DNA from: an uncultured Gemmatimonadales bacterium
GTDB lineage: Bacteria; Gemmatimonadota; Gemmatimonadetes; Gemmatimonadales; GWC2-71-9
Direction of reading: 5' to 3'
Length of the DNA stretch: 64,000 nt
Assembly (NCBI GenBank): GCA_963798915.1
Contig: CAWCVB010000001.1
Location: forward strand, 192,001 to 256,000
In this document: positions 44,070 to 53,175 of the stretch, one piece after another
Position numbering within the stretch: the stretch's first letter is position 1
How the letters are laid out: every line of letters begins with the position of its first letter
Notes under the pieces: model-generated
What the model saw: the letters and a program-made list of their open reading frames with translations, nothing else
The model's database searches: none
What the model was told of the DNA's origin: nothing
Made by a program: the position numbers and the translations under genes

Positions 44070-44311
44070 CGGAGCAGCGCACCGAGGCCGTTTCCCCCGC
44101 CGATTCCGAATGGGTGAGCTGGGTCCACGACCAGCAACCGTCACGCGCGTGGCGTGCCAGCACCCGGGAGGAGAAGGCACATGATCGCGAGGTCACCGAC
44201 AGTCTGCCGAGCGTTGCTGGCTCTCGCAGCTTGCGCCGGGCTGTCGTGTTCATCATCCGAGCGGGGCCCGATGACCTCGCCCAGGCCGGTCGCGGGATGC
44301 GTGCACGAGCA

Positions 44312-44340
44312 GATGCGACTGAAATGATTCCAGTCGCATC
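44312..44340. other. inverted repeat GATGCGACTG-N9-CAGTCGCATC
   Basis: Perfect 10-bp arms between convergent genes; it could be a terminator or an operator. Confidence 0.45.
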
Positions 44341-44457
44341 GTTGACCTCAGGAAGGCAGGTTCCAGAAGGTTTGCCGCCAATTTTCAAGTGGTATTGCGT
44401 TCACGGAGGGAGTAGCGAAGGGTGCTCGGGACACGCCCACGACCCATGACTCACGAC

Positions 44458-45252
44458 TTATGTCACGTAGCTCCGCACCCACTCCTCGAGCCTGGGCAGA
44501 TCCAGCAGTGCGTCCTTGCACGGCCCTGACGGCAGGGTCATCGTGAGCCCCAGCACCGGCACCTTTCCCGCCACGTCATGCAGTCCGCTCACCATGTCCC
44601 GCTCGCACGCTACCGCCACGACCGCGCGCGGGCGGCGTTCGCGGATCACACGCCGAGCAAGCTGACCGCGCGTCGCCACGAACACTGGGACGTCATACTT
44701 GCCGGCGATGCCGAGGACTCCGTCGAGCGTCTGTTTGGACAGGCAGCGTGGGATCAGCACCAGCAGCTCGCCCTGCCCCACTTTCCGCCCCCGCCTGGAC
44801 GCCAGTGCGTTGTAGACCTTGACCGAGGCGTTCTCCACCCAGTCGCGCCAGCCAAAGAGACTCGAGACACGGGACGTGAGACGCATGAGCCTGAGAAACG
44901 GTCCCCGTTCGGCCAGTCGTTCGGGCAGGAGGGGGCGGTGCAGGAGGCAGGAGCCGTAGAGCAGCGCCCACCAGCCGAGCGAGATCAGCGCCGTCAGTGC
45001 GAGCGTCATCCAGAGCCCGGCGGGAATCGCTGGGTGCAACAGCGCGAGACGAGGTGTAAAGAGGTAGATCGCGGCAGCGGCCAGCAGGAATGCCCCCGCC
45101 ATTGCCGCCACCGACCAGGCAAAGAAGAGCCAGGCCGGCGAATCGAAGTTGCCGGCATTGGGCAGGGGCTTGCCGTCCCACTCATCCCATTCGTGACCCA
45201 GCCGGCGGTCGACATCTATGTGAATCAGTTGGGCGCGCGATGTGTCGGGCAT
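44458..45252 (-). CDS. DUF116 family membrane protein
   Basis: Motifs LIPRCL, VAVACERD and GPCKD after two TM helices. Confidence 0.85.
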   Translation of the reverse strand: MPDTSRAQLIHIDVDRRLGHEWDEWDGKPLPNAGNFDSPAWLFFAWSVAAMAGAFLLAAAAIYLFTPRLALLHPAIPAGLWMTLALTALISLGWWALLYGSCLLHRPLLPERLAERGPFLRLMRLTSRVSSLFGWRDWVENASVKVYNALASRRGRKVGQGELLVLIPRCLSKQTLDGVLGIAGKYDVPVFVATRGQLARRVIRERRPRAVVAVACERDMVSGLHDVAGKVPVLGLTMTLPSGPCKDALLDLPRLEEWVRSYVT

Positions 45253-45359
45253 GAATTGAACATAGACGGCTGGACGGCGAGATGTAGGGGCGGGTCCTGG
45301 ACCCACCCCCACATCTCGCCGTCTTGCCGTCTCGCCGTCTCGCCGTCTTCTTTCCCCCC

Positions 45360-46973
45360 ATGCTTCTCCGTCCCGCCATCGCCGGCCCCTTCCGCACCGA
45401 CCAGCGCGCGCGCGCTGCCTACTCGGAGGGCGCGGGCATCTATCGGATCCTTCCGGAAGCGGTCGCGGTGCCTCGGACGACCGCCGACCTCCGGGCGCTG
45501 CTGGCGTGGGCATCGACTCACGGCCTGGCCCTGATTCCCCGGGGGGCCGGCAGTGCCATGGGAGGCGGCAACGTCGGGAGCCATGTGATCGTGGATCTGA
45601 CCGCGCTGGATGATCGCTCGCTCAGCATCGACGCAGGTCGCGCCCGCGCCCGCACCTCTGCGGGCGTCACCTGCGACTCGCTTCGCGCCGCCGCCTCGCA
45701 GCACGGCCTCCGGCTGCCGCCCGATCCCTCCAGCGGCCGCTGGGCAACGCTTGGCGGCATGGTCGCTACCAACGCCTCAGGCGCCCGCTCGGTGCGCTAC
45801 GGCAGTGTTCGTCCCTGGGTTGATGGGCTCACCCTGCTGACCACCGACGGCGAGACGCTGCAGCTTGAGCGCGGCAAGCCGGCGCCGGGAAGCGTGGCCG
45901 CCGTCAAGCGCTTCGAGATGGGCGCGGCACCCGCCATTCGGCAGGCGGAGTCGCTCATCCGCTCCAGCTTTCCTCATACCAGGAAGAATTCCAGCGGGTA
46001 CGCACTCGATGCCTGGCTCAAGTCAGGTGACCTGCTCGATCTCTTCATCGGATCCGAAGGAACGCTGGCGATCGTGACGGACATCGAATGGCGGCTGGAC
46101 CCTGTGCCGTCAACCACGGTGGCGCTGCGCGTCTCGCTGGCGTCGCTCGACATGCTGGCAGATGCGGTGGGCAGCCTGCTGGACCACCGGCCGTCTGCCG
46201 TGGAAATGCTCGACCGCACCTTTCTTGGCCTGGTGGCTTCGCGCTTCCCTGACCTTCCCGATCTCCAGCGACTCGACGCAGTGCTGCTGGTGGAGTTCGA
46301 GGCGGCGAGCGCGGACGAAGCATGCGCCGCGGCGAGCGCGGCTGCGGCCGCGGTGGCGCCCTTTGCCGAGCGGGTGGAGTCCGCGCTGAGCGATGGCGAA
46401 GTGCAACAGCTCTGGGCGCTTCGCCATGCTGCAAGTCCCATCCTCGCCCAGCTTCCCGAGTCACGGCGCTCGCTGCAGGTGATCGAGGATGGCTGTGTCC
46501 CGGTGGCGCGGCTGGGCGAGTATGTGCGCGCGGTGCGAGATGCGGCGGTCAGGCACGACCTCGAGGTGGTGCTGTTCGGGCACGCGGGCGATGGGCACCT
46601 GCACTGCAACCTGCTCCCCGACGTCAACAGCGATGGATGGGAAGCGCGGGTGGCGGCGCTGCTCGACGACGTGACCGATGCCGTGGTGCGGCTCGATGGA
46701 ACCCCGAGTGGCGAGCATGGGGATGGCCGGCTTCGCGCTCCCCTTCTGCCTCAGGTGTTCGGCGGCGAACTGCTGGATCTCTTTGGCAAGGTGAAGCGGG
46801 CATTTGACCCCGATGGTATCTTGAACCCCGGCGTCAAGCTGGGGACGGCGCCACCGGTGGCGGATCTGAAGGTGGGCCGCCACGCCGCACCGATTCCGGA
46901 TGACATTGCCCTCGCACTTCGCGAGATCGAGCGCAACGCGGGGTACGCGGTGAGCCGGCTGGAATTGGTCTAG
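45360..46973 (+). CDS. FAD-linked oxidase (GlcD / D-lactate dehydrogenase family)
   Basis: Motifs PRGAGS, PPDPSS, GSEGTL, GHAGDGHLH, GEHGDG and DPDGILNPG. Confidence 0.93.
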   Translation: MLLRPAIAGPFRTDQRARAAYSEGAGIYRILPEAVAVPRTTADLRALLAWASTHGLALIPRGAGSAMGGGNVGSHVIVDLTALDDRSLSIDAGRARARTSAGVTCDSLRAAASQHGLRLPPDPSSGRWATLGGMVATNASGARSVRYGSVRPWVDGLTLLTTDGETLQLERGKPAPGSVAAVKRFEMGAAPAIRQAESLIRSSFPHTRKNSSGYALDAWLKSGDLLDLFIGSEGTLAIVTDIEWRLDPVPSTTVALRVSLASLDMLADAVGSLLDHRPSAVEMLDRTFLGLVASRFPDLPDLQRLDAVLLVEFEAASADEACAAASAAAAAVAPFAERVESALSDGEVQQLWALRHAASPILAQLPESRRSLQVIEDGCVPVARLGEYVRAVRDAAVRHDLEVVLFGHAGDGHLHCNLLPDVNSDGWEARVAALLDDVTDAVVRLDGTPSGEHGDGRLRAPLLPQVFGGELLDLFGKVKRAFDPDGILNPGVKLGTAPPVADLKVGRHAAPIPDDIALALREIERNAGYAVSRLELV

Positions 46974-47042
46974 CGGCTCGGCGGCCGAAGCGCACCTCGC
47001 GACCCGCAACCCGCAACCCCTGAACCCTCAACCCCACGCCCC

Positions 47043-48878
47043 ATGGAAATCTTCCGCTCGCCCCGTGTCACCCTGATCGGCCGCCCGCAGTTCGTCGAGC
47101 CGGCCCACCTTCCGGTCACCTGGCAGGGCGACTCGAGCGATGGCGAGCGACTGGCCGAATTTGCCGGTCGGCTCTGCTACATGAGCCAGCGCAATCCGGC
47201 CAATCGCACCACGGCGGAGTACCTGCAGAACATCCTGAAGCAGGGCCACGGCTCGGTCTTCGAGCACGCTCAGTACGTGCTCCTGGTCGAGGGGATTTCA
47301 CGCAGTTGCAGCCATGAGCTGGTGCGACACAGGGCTGGCTTTGGTTACTGCCTCGCGGGTGATACTGAGATCTACAGTGAGCATCGCTGGGGCAATCGCC
47401 GGAATGGCACCAGGCGGCGGACGATCCGGGACATCTTCGAGATGAGCAAGACTGCGCATGGCAGGTCTCGGCTGAAGCTCTTGCGGCTCCGGTCTCTCGA
47501 TGAGAAGTCCGGCGCTTTTACCGTCGGCAAGGTGAGGGCGGTAGCTCATTCGGGCACCAGGCCGGTATTCCGGGTGGAACTCGAGGACGGCAAGGCCGTT
47601 ACCTGCAGCAAGGATCACCGGTTCCTCACCCCAACGGGCTGGCGACGCCTGGAGGATATCGTAGGTCTCGGAATGACCAACGAGGGGACCGCCACGTGGA
47701 CGCGGCGGGACACCGAGATCATGGTCAACGGGATCCCTGCAGTTCATGACCGGGACTGGCTGTTCCGCCACTACGTCGAGCTGAATCTCTCTCAGAAGGA
47801 GATCGGCGAGATCGCGGGAGTATCCCACCATACAGTACGGAGCTGGGTGCGACGGAACGGCCTGCAAAAGCCACTCGGGTCCTGGACAGTGGGTCGAGAG
47901 CCGTGGAATAAAGACCGCCGATACAGGGCCGGCTGGCACCACTCTACTGAGACGCGCGCGCAACTGAGTGCGAATAAACTGGGGGCACGTAATCCCCAAT
48001 GGCGAGGCGGCACCACCCGGCAAGGTGTTGCAATTCGCAAGATGGCAATGAAGCACCGAACCATCGTGTATCAACGTGACGATTACACCTGTAGGCTTTG
48101 CGAATGCCGCGGCGGCCGGCTGACGCTCCATCATCTGCTACCCATCTGGCTGCGGCCGGACCTGGCCGCAGACATCGACAACCTGACGACACTCTGCCGC
48201 AGTTGCCACCACTCGCTCAATGGACGCGAACTGGAGTACGTCGAGCGGCTCGGAGCGAGGCTGGAGGCGTCCGCATTGGCGACCACACCCCAAAAGGGCC
48301 GTGGCAATCTCATGGTTCCCCGGCCCCGTCGGATCGTGCAGGTCACCTACGCCGGTGAGCAGGAGACTTTCGACCTCGAGACGGAGGGACCAAACCACAA
48401 TTTCGTGGCCAACGGTATCGTCACCCATAACTCCCAGCTTTCCCAGCGCTACGTGGACGAGTCCCATGCCGCCTTCGTCATGCCGCCCGCCATCCAGGGC
48501 GACGCCGAGCTGGAGCGGGATTGGGAGACGCAGGTAACCGACGCCCAGGCCGCCTATGTCAGGGCTGTCGAGCATCTCATGACGCGCTATGAGTGGGTGG
48601 AGAGCAAGGTCCACCGCCGGAAGATGGCGCGCGAGGCGGCGCGCAGTGTGCTGCCCAACGCCACTGAGGTGAAGATCGTGGTCAGCGCCAATGTCCGGGC
48701 TTGGCGCACCATGCTCGAACTCCGGCTTGGCGAGGGAGCGGAACTCGAAATCCGGCGCCTGGCAGTCGAGATCCTGGCGGCACTCAGAACCGAAGCGCCG
48801 CACCTCTTCGGCGACTTCGAGATCTACCGCGCCGACGATGGCGCCGACGCCGGACGGGTCGGATTCCACAAAGTCTGA
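47043..48878 (+). CDS. thyX: flavin-dependent thymidylate synthase precursor containing an intein
   Basis: GHGSVFEH, SRSCSHELVRHRAGFGY|intein|SQLSQRY, ARSVLPNA and EIR. The spliced product would be about 250 aa. Confidence 0.95.
   Translation: MEIFRSPRVTLIGRPQFVEPAHLPVTWQGDSSDGERLAEFAGRLCYMSQRNPANRTTAEYLQNILKQGHGSVFEHAQYVLLVEGISRSCSHELVRHRAGFGYCLAGDTEIYSEHRWGNRRNGTRRRTIRDIFEMSKTAHGRSRLKLLRLRSLDEKSGAFTVGKVRAVAHSGTRPVFRVELEDGKAVTCSKDHRFLTPTGWRRLEDIVGLGMTNEGTATWTRRDTEIMVNGIPAVHDRDWLFRHYVELNLSQKEIGEIAGVSHHTVRSWVRRNGLQKPLGSWTVGREPWNKDRRYRAGWHHSTETRAQLSANKLGARNPQWRGGTTRQGVAIRKMAMKHRTIVYQRDDYTCRLCECRGGRLTLHHLLPIWLRPDLAADIDNLTTLCRSCHHSLNGRELEYVERLGARLEASALATTPQKGRGNLMVPRPRRIVQVTYAGEQETFDLETEGPNHNFVANGIVTHNSQLSQRYVDESHAAFVMPPAIQGDAELERDWETQVTDAQAAYVRAVEHLMTRYEWVESKVHRRKMAREAARSVLPNATEVKIVVSANVRAWRTMLELRLGEGAELEIRRLAVEILAALRTEAPHLFGDFEIYRADDGADAGRVGFHKV
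47349..48431 (+). mobile_element. intein (361 aa) with HTH and HNH endonuclease
   Basis: N-terminal CLAGDT, block B CSKDHRFLT, block F/G TFDLET..NHNFVANGIVTHN followed by +1 Ser. Internal HNH: CRLC...HHLLP...NLTTLCRSCH. Confidence 0.95.
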
Positions 48879-48910
48879 GCGCCAGTCGGTCAATTTTTTT
48901 CGAATCCAGC

Positions 48911-48948
48911 GCGCCGGGAGGCAGGTCACCAGCCTCCCGGCGCATTTT
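48911..48948 (+). terminator. intrinsic terminator-like hairpin
   Basis: GCGCCGGGAGGC-N9-GCCTCCCGGCGC followed by ATTTT, downstream of thyX. Confidence 0.7.
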
Positions 48949-48964
48949 CGTTCGCCGTTTTCTA

Positions 48965-48993
48965 TTGTGTACTGATAAAGGATTTCTTACTTT
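48965..48993 (+). promoter_or_regulatory. sigma70-like promoter
   Basis: TTGTGT-N17-TACTTT in an AT-rich patch upstream of the ATP-grasp operon. Confidence 0.5.
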
Positions 48994-49064
48994 AACTGCG
49001 TCGGCGTAGCTCCAGTTCGCGCATGGCCGGATAGTCGCGACGGCCTTCACTGCAGGAGACGCCT

Positions 49065-50171
49065 TTGGCAGTTCGGATCGGACTCGCCTATAACCTGAAA
49101 CCTGATTCTCCGGCTCACGCAGCCGGAGCCGCCTCCGAGTCTCCCTCGTCGGGCGTCGCCACCAACCGCCTCCTTCGTTCCGACCTCTCGCAGCCTGACC
49201 TCTACGCCGAGTGGGATGAGCCCGCCACCATCGACGCGGTGGAGCGTGCGCTCGCCTCCGTCGGCCAGGTCATCCGGCTGGAAGCGACCGACACGTTCCC
49301 GGCCCGGCTCGCTGCCGCGCGGCCCGACTTCGTGTTCAACATCGCGGAGGGGCTGTACGGTCCCAACCGGGAAAGCCACGTCCCCGCCATCTGCGAATTC
49401 TACGGCACGCCGCACCATGCCTCCGACGCACTGACCCTGGCGCTCTGCCTGCACAAGGGCCGGGCAAAGGAAATCATGGTCCAGCATGGCGTGCCCACCG
49501 CGCCCTTCATCCTCGCGCGCTCGCGGACCGATGCCCGCAACTGCACCCTGTCATTTCCGCTCTTTGCCAAGCCAGCGTTCGAAGGGTCCGGCAAGGGCGT
49601 GAGTGTCCGCAGTCTCTGCCACAACCGGGCCGAGCTGGTCGAACGGGTCGAGCAGCTGCTTGCCACCTATCACCAGCCGGTGCTGGTGGAAACCTGGCTA
49701 CCGGGGCTCGAGTTCACCGTCGCCGTCATCGGCAATGGCGCAGAGGCACGCTGCTTGCCCATCGTCGGCATGCGGTTCGACACCTTGCCGCCCGGCGCGC
49801 CGCCGATTTACGGCTACGAGGCCAAGTGGCTCTGGGATACGCTCGACCAGCCGCTCGACATCTACGACTGCCCGGCCGCCATCCCCGAGGAGCTGGCGGT
49901 CCAGGTGCGACGTGCGGCGCTCTCGGCCTACCAGGCGCTGGACTGCCGGGATTGGTGCCGCATCGACGTGCGCTGCGACGCCACCGGCCAGCCGATGGTG
50001 GTCGAGCTCAACCCGCTGCCGGGCATCCTGCCTGACCCGCGGGACAACTCCTGCTTCCCCAAGGCGGCGCGCGTCGCGGGGATGGAGTACGACGACTTGA
50101 TCCGTACCGTGGCTGACATCGCGTGGCGCCGCATCAGCGGCCGCTCGCTCCTGACCGGGGCGGCGGCGTGA
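49065..50171 (+). CDS. D-Ala-D-Ala-ligase-like ATP-grasp enzyme 1
   Basis: Motifs FNIAEG, KPAFEGSGKGV, EFTV, RIDVR and ELNPLPG. TTG start after AGGAG. Confidence 0.9.
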   Translation: MAVRIGLAYNLKPDSPAHAAGAASESPSSGVATNRLLRSDLSQPDLYAEWDEPATIDAVERALASVGQVIRLEATDTFPARLAAARPDFVFNIAEGLYGPNRESHVPAICEFYGTPHHASDALTLALCLHKGRAKEIMVQHGVPTAPFILARSRTDARNCTLSFPLFAKPAFEGSGKGVSVRSLCHNRAELVERVEQLLATYHQPVLVETWLPGLEFTVAVIGNGAEARCLPIVGMRFDTLPPGAPPIYGYEAKWLWDTLDQPLDIYDCPAAIPEELAVQVRRAALSAYQALDCRDWCRIDVRCDATGQPMVVELNPLPGILPDPRDNSCFPKAARVAGMEYDDLIRTVADIAWRRISGRSLLTGAAA

Positions 50172-51202
50172 AGGTTGCCATCATCTACGACGCCGGCGGT
50201 GATGACTGGACCGCCCGCGACGTGGCGGCGGTGCGCGGCAACGTGAACGAAGTGCGGGACGTGCTGCGGCTCCGCGGCCACGAGGTGGAGTCCATCGCCG
50301 TCCGGCTCGGCGATTTTCGCTGGCTGTCGCGCGCCCGCCGGGCCGACCTGGTCATGAACCTCTGCGAAGGCGTCGGCGGGCGAGCCCGCTACGAGGATTC
50401 GGTGGTCGCGGCGCTCGAGCTGGCCGACACGCCCTTTACCGGGCCGCGTTCGTGGCCCATCACGCTCTGCCACCGGAAGCACGTAGCCAACACCCTGCTT
50501 CAGTCGGCCGGGCTGCCGGTGCCCCGCTTCTTCCTGGCGGAAGGCAATCGCATCCCAGCCGACGCGCCGCTGCCGGCCATCGTCAAGCCGGCCGCGGAAG
50601 ACGCCAGCGTGGGGATTGACGGCGGTGCCGTGTGTACCACTCGGAAGGCCTTGCGCGAGCGGGCATCGCGCATCCTCGAGCACTTCGACGACGTCATGGT
50701 GCAGGCCTACGTGGCAGGCCGGGAGTTCAACGTCGGCTTCGTCGGGACCGAGATGCTGCCGATCTCTGAGATCGATTTCGCCGGGATGCCCGAGGGCAGC
50801 TGGCCAATCGTCACCTACTCGGCCAAGTGGGATGAAGCGCATCCCGAGTACGACGGCACGACGCCGGTCTGTCCCGCCGCCATTCCCGCCGACCTCGCCC
50901 GCCGGATCGGCAAGGTGGCGCGTCAGGCATGGATGCTGATGTCCGGTGGTGAAGGGTACGGGCGCGTGGACCTCCGGCTGGATGATCAGGGACAGCCATG
51001 GGTCATCGAAGTGAATCCCTGTCCCGACCTGAGCAGCGATGCGGGCCTTGCCCGCATGGGTCGCGCCCACGGCTGGGACTACGGCGAACTGGTCATGCGG
51101 ATCGCGGATGAGGCGCTCACGCGCTCCCGCCACATGCGGGCTGCCACCGCACTGACGGCCGGCAAGAGCGCGGCCGAGGCGGCGTGGCGACCGGAGGCCT
51201 GA
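50168..51202 (+). CDS. D-Ala-D-Ala-ligase-like ATP-grasp enzyme 2
   Basis: Motifs NLCEG, KPAAEDASVGI, GREFNV, YGRVDLR and EVNPCPD. GTGA overlap with the previous gene. Confidence 0.9.
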   Translation: MKVAIIYDAGGDDWTARDVAAVRGNVNEVRDVLRLRGHEVESIAVRLGDFRWLSRARRADLVMNLCEGVGGRARYEDSVVAALELADTPFTGPRSWPITLCHRKHVANTLLQSAGLPVPRFFLAEGNRIPADAPLPAIVKPAAEDASVGIDGGAVCTTRKALRERASRILEHFDDVMVQAYVAGREFNVGFVGTEMLPISEIDFAGMPEGSWPIVTYSAKWDEAHPEYDGTTPVCPAAIPADLARRIGKVARQAWMLMSGGEGYGRVDLRLDDQGQPWVIEVNPCPDLSSDAGLARMGRAHGWDYGELVMRIADEALTRSRHMRAATALTAGKSAAEAAWRPEA

Positions 51203-51690
51203 CCCTGCGGCCTGCCCGCGCCGGTGATCGCGTCGGTGTCGAGGCGTTCATGCGGAACATCGGGCTCTTCCGCCCGGATGAACTACCGGTGGCGCTCGAG
51301 GTGTTTGATGCGGCGGTCGGGGGCGATGCCTCCTATACCGCGATGGTGGCCGAGCAGGATGGACGCCCGGCCGGTTGGGCGTGCTGGGGACCGACCCCTT
51401 GCACGCTGGGGACGTACGATATGTACTGGCTGGCTGTGGATCCCGCCCTGCAAGGGGCCGGGGTCGGCGGCCGGCTCGTGGCAGAGATGGAACGGCGGCT
51501 CGCGGGCTCCGCCCGGCTCATCGTCGTGGAGACGGCCGGGCGTCCCGACTATGCGCCAACTCGTGCCTTCTACGAGGCACGCGGCTACCGCAGGACCGCC
51601 ACGATACCGGGCTTCTATGCCCCGGACGACGACCTCGTCGTGTACGTGAAGAGCCTGACATCGAGCGCCGACTCACAGGAGGACGGGTAG
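51184..51690 (+). CDS. GNAT family N-acyltransferase
   Basis: Motifs LAVDPALQGAGVG, VETAG and FYEARGY. Confidence 0.92.
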   Translation: MATGGLTLRPARAGDRVGVEAFMRNIGLFRPDELPVALEVFDAAVGGDASYTAMVAEQDGRPAGWACWGPTPCTLGTYDMYWLAVDPALQGAGVGGRLVAEMERRLAGSARLIVVETAGRPDYAPTRAFYEARGYRRTATIPGFYAPDDDLVVYVKSLTSSADSQEDG

Positions 51691-51694
51691 CATC

Positions 51695-52870
51695 ATGGAG
51701 ACTTGGCAGGAGATACTGCGCAGGAACTCGATCCACAGTCTCGAGCAGCTCGCCGAGCGATTCGGTCCGGAGAACTTCCCGGAACTGGACCGCCTGCGGA
51801 TCGCGGCCGAGAACTTCGAGTTCCGGATCTCGCCGGCCATGGCCGACCTGATCAAGGAGCCGGATGACCCCATCTGGCGCCAGTTCGTGCCGTCCGTCGA
51901 GGAACTCGAGATCGTGGACGGCGTGGCCGATTCGCTCAACGAAGATGCGGACAGCCCGGTGCCCAACATCACGCACCGCTATCCTGATCGGGCCCTGTTC
52001 CTGGTCTCTCCCGTCTGCGCCAGCTATTGCCGGTTCTGCACCCGGCGGCGCAAGGTGGGCGACCCCGAAAAGATCCCCATGTCGCAGTTCGAGAGTGCCT
52101 TCAAGTACCTGGAAGAGCACACTGAAATTCGCGACGTCATCATGTCGGGCGGCGACCCGCTGCTGCTTTCGGACCGCAGGCTCGATCTCATCCTGGCCCG
52201 GCTGCGCGCCATTCCCCATCTGGAGATCATCCGGATCGGAAGCCGCATCCCGTGTCACTTGCCCGAGCGGATCACCCCGGAGCTGTGCGAGGTGCTCAAG
52301 CGGCACCACCCGCTCTGGATCAACACGCATTTCAATCATCCGGACGAGCTCACACCCGCCGCGGTCAAGGCCCTCGGCATGCTGGCGGACGCCGGCATCC
52401 CCCTCGGCTGTCAGACCGTGCTTCTCAAGGGCGTGAACGACGACCCGGCGGTGATGATGCAGCTGATGCACCGGCTGATGCAGGCCCGGGTCCGCCCCTA
52501 CTACATCTACATGGCCGACCAGGTGGCGGGCGCCGAGCACTTCCGCACCACGGTCCAGACCGGCATCCGCATCATGGAAGCATTGCGCGGCTGGACCAGC
52601 GGGCTCGCCAATCCGCAATTCGTCATTGATGCGCCCGGAGGCGGCGGCAAGATTCCGCTGCTGCCGGAATATGTGGTGAGCATGACGGACGAAGAGGTGG
52701 TCCTGCGAAACTTCCGGGGCGACCAGTACGTCTACAAGCAACCGCAGGAAGACCTGGCGACCGTGGGCAACTCGGGACCGGAATACCTGTTCCAGCCCAA
52801 GAAGTCACGCAAACGGGCGGTGAAGAACGTCAAGACCAGCGCGGTCAAATCGAAGCGCAAGACCGCCTGA
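51695..52870 (+). CDS. kamA: KamA family radical SAM/PLP aminomutase (lysine 2,3-aminomutase-like)
   Basis: Motifs THRYPDR, CASYCRFCTR, SGGDPL, THFNHP, RPYY and DAPGGGGK. Confidence 0.92.
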   Translation: METWQEILRRNSIHSLEQLAERFGPENFPELDRLRIAAENFEFRISPAMADLIKEPDDPIWRQFVPSVEELEIVDGVADSLNEDADSPVPNITHRYPDRALFLVSPVCASYCRFCTRRRKVGDPEKIPMSQFESAFKYLEEHTEIRDVIMSGGDPLLLSDRRLDLILARLRAIPHLEIIRIGSRIPCHLPERITPELCEVLKRHHPLWINTHFNHPDELTPAAVKALGMLADAGIPLGCQTVLLKGVNDDPAVMMQLMHRLMQARVRPYYIYMADQVAGAEHFRTTVQTGIRIMEALRGWTSGLANPQFVIDAPGGGGKIPLLPEYVVSMTDEEVVLRNFRGDQYVYKQPQEDLATVGNSGPEYLFQPKKSRKRAVKNVKTSAVKSKRKTA

Positions 52871-52920
52871 TCGGGATGGGCGGGATGGGGCGGGATGGGC
52901 GGGCCGACGCTCGCCCACAC

Positions 52921-53014
52921 GTCATTCCCGCGAAAGCGGGAATCCATGAGGGCTCACCCGGACCAAGTCGCCATGAGCGAGCCTCTCATGGACCCCCGCC
53001 TGCGCGGGGGTGAC
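52921..53014. repeat. REP-like double-hairpin element
   Basis: GTCATTCCCGCGAAAGCGGGAATCCATGAG...CTCATGGACCCCCGCCTGCGCGGGGGTGAC, homologous to 17081-17174. Confidence 0.9.
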
Positions 53015-53035
53015 GATCGGACGAGCGTCGGCCCT

Positions 53036-53160
53036 CTCGACCTCCCGACCCTCGACCCTCGACCCTCGACCCTCGACCCTCGACCCTCGACCCTCGACCC
53101 TCGACCCTCGACCCTCGACCCTCGACCCTCGACCCCTCGACCCCTCGACCCCTCGACCCC
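53036..53160. repeat. heptamer tandem array (CCCTCGA)
   Basis: More than 12 near-perfect units, becoming 8-mers at the right end. Confidence 0.95.
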
Positions 53161-53175
53161 GCCACCCGCCACCGC

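Noticed and set aside
44070..44457. gene or integration site in the gap after the ECF/RCC1 block
   Set aside because: I found no convincing ORF, tRNA, integrase or flanking direct repeat, only one hairpin.
49065..51202. housekeeping ddl or a van-type resistance cluster
   Set aside because: The Ddl-type N-terminal GGxSxE and HGxxGEDG motifs are absent, no mur or vanH/vanX genes are nearby, and the context is KamA plus GNAT.
51695..52870. EpmB of the EF-P modification pathway
   Set aside because: There is no efp or epmA nearby, and it is coupled to ATP-grasp and GNAT genes. It is not fully excluded without a phylogeny.
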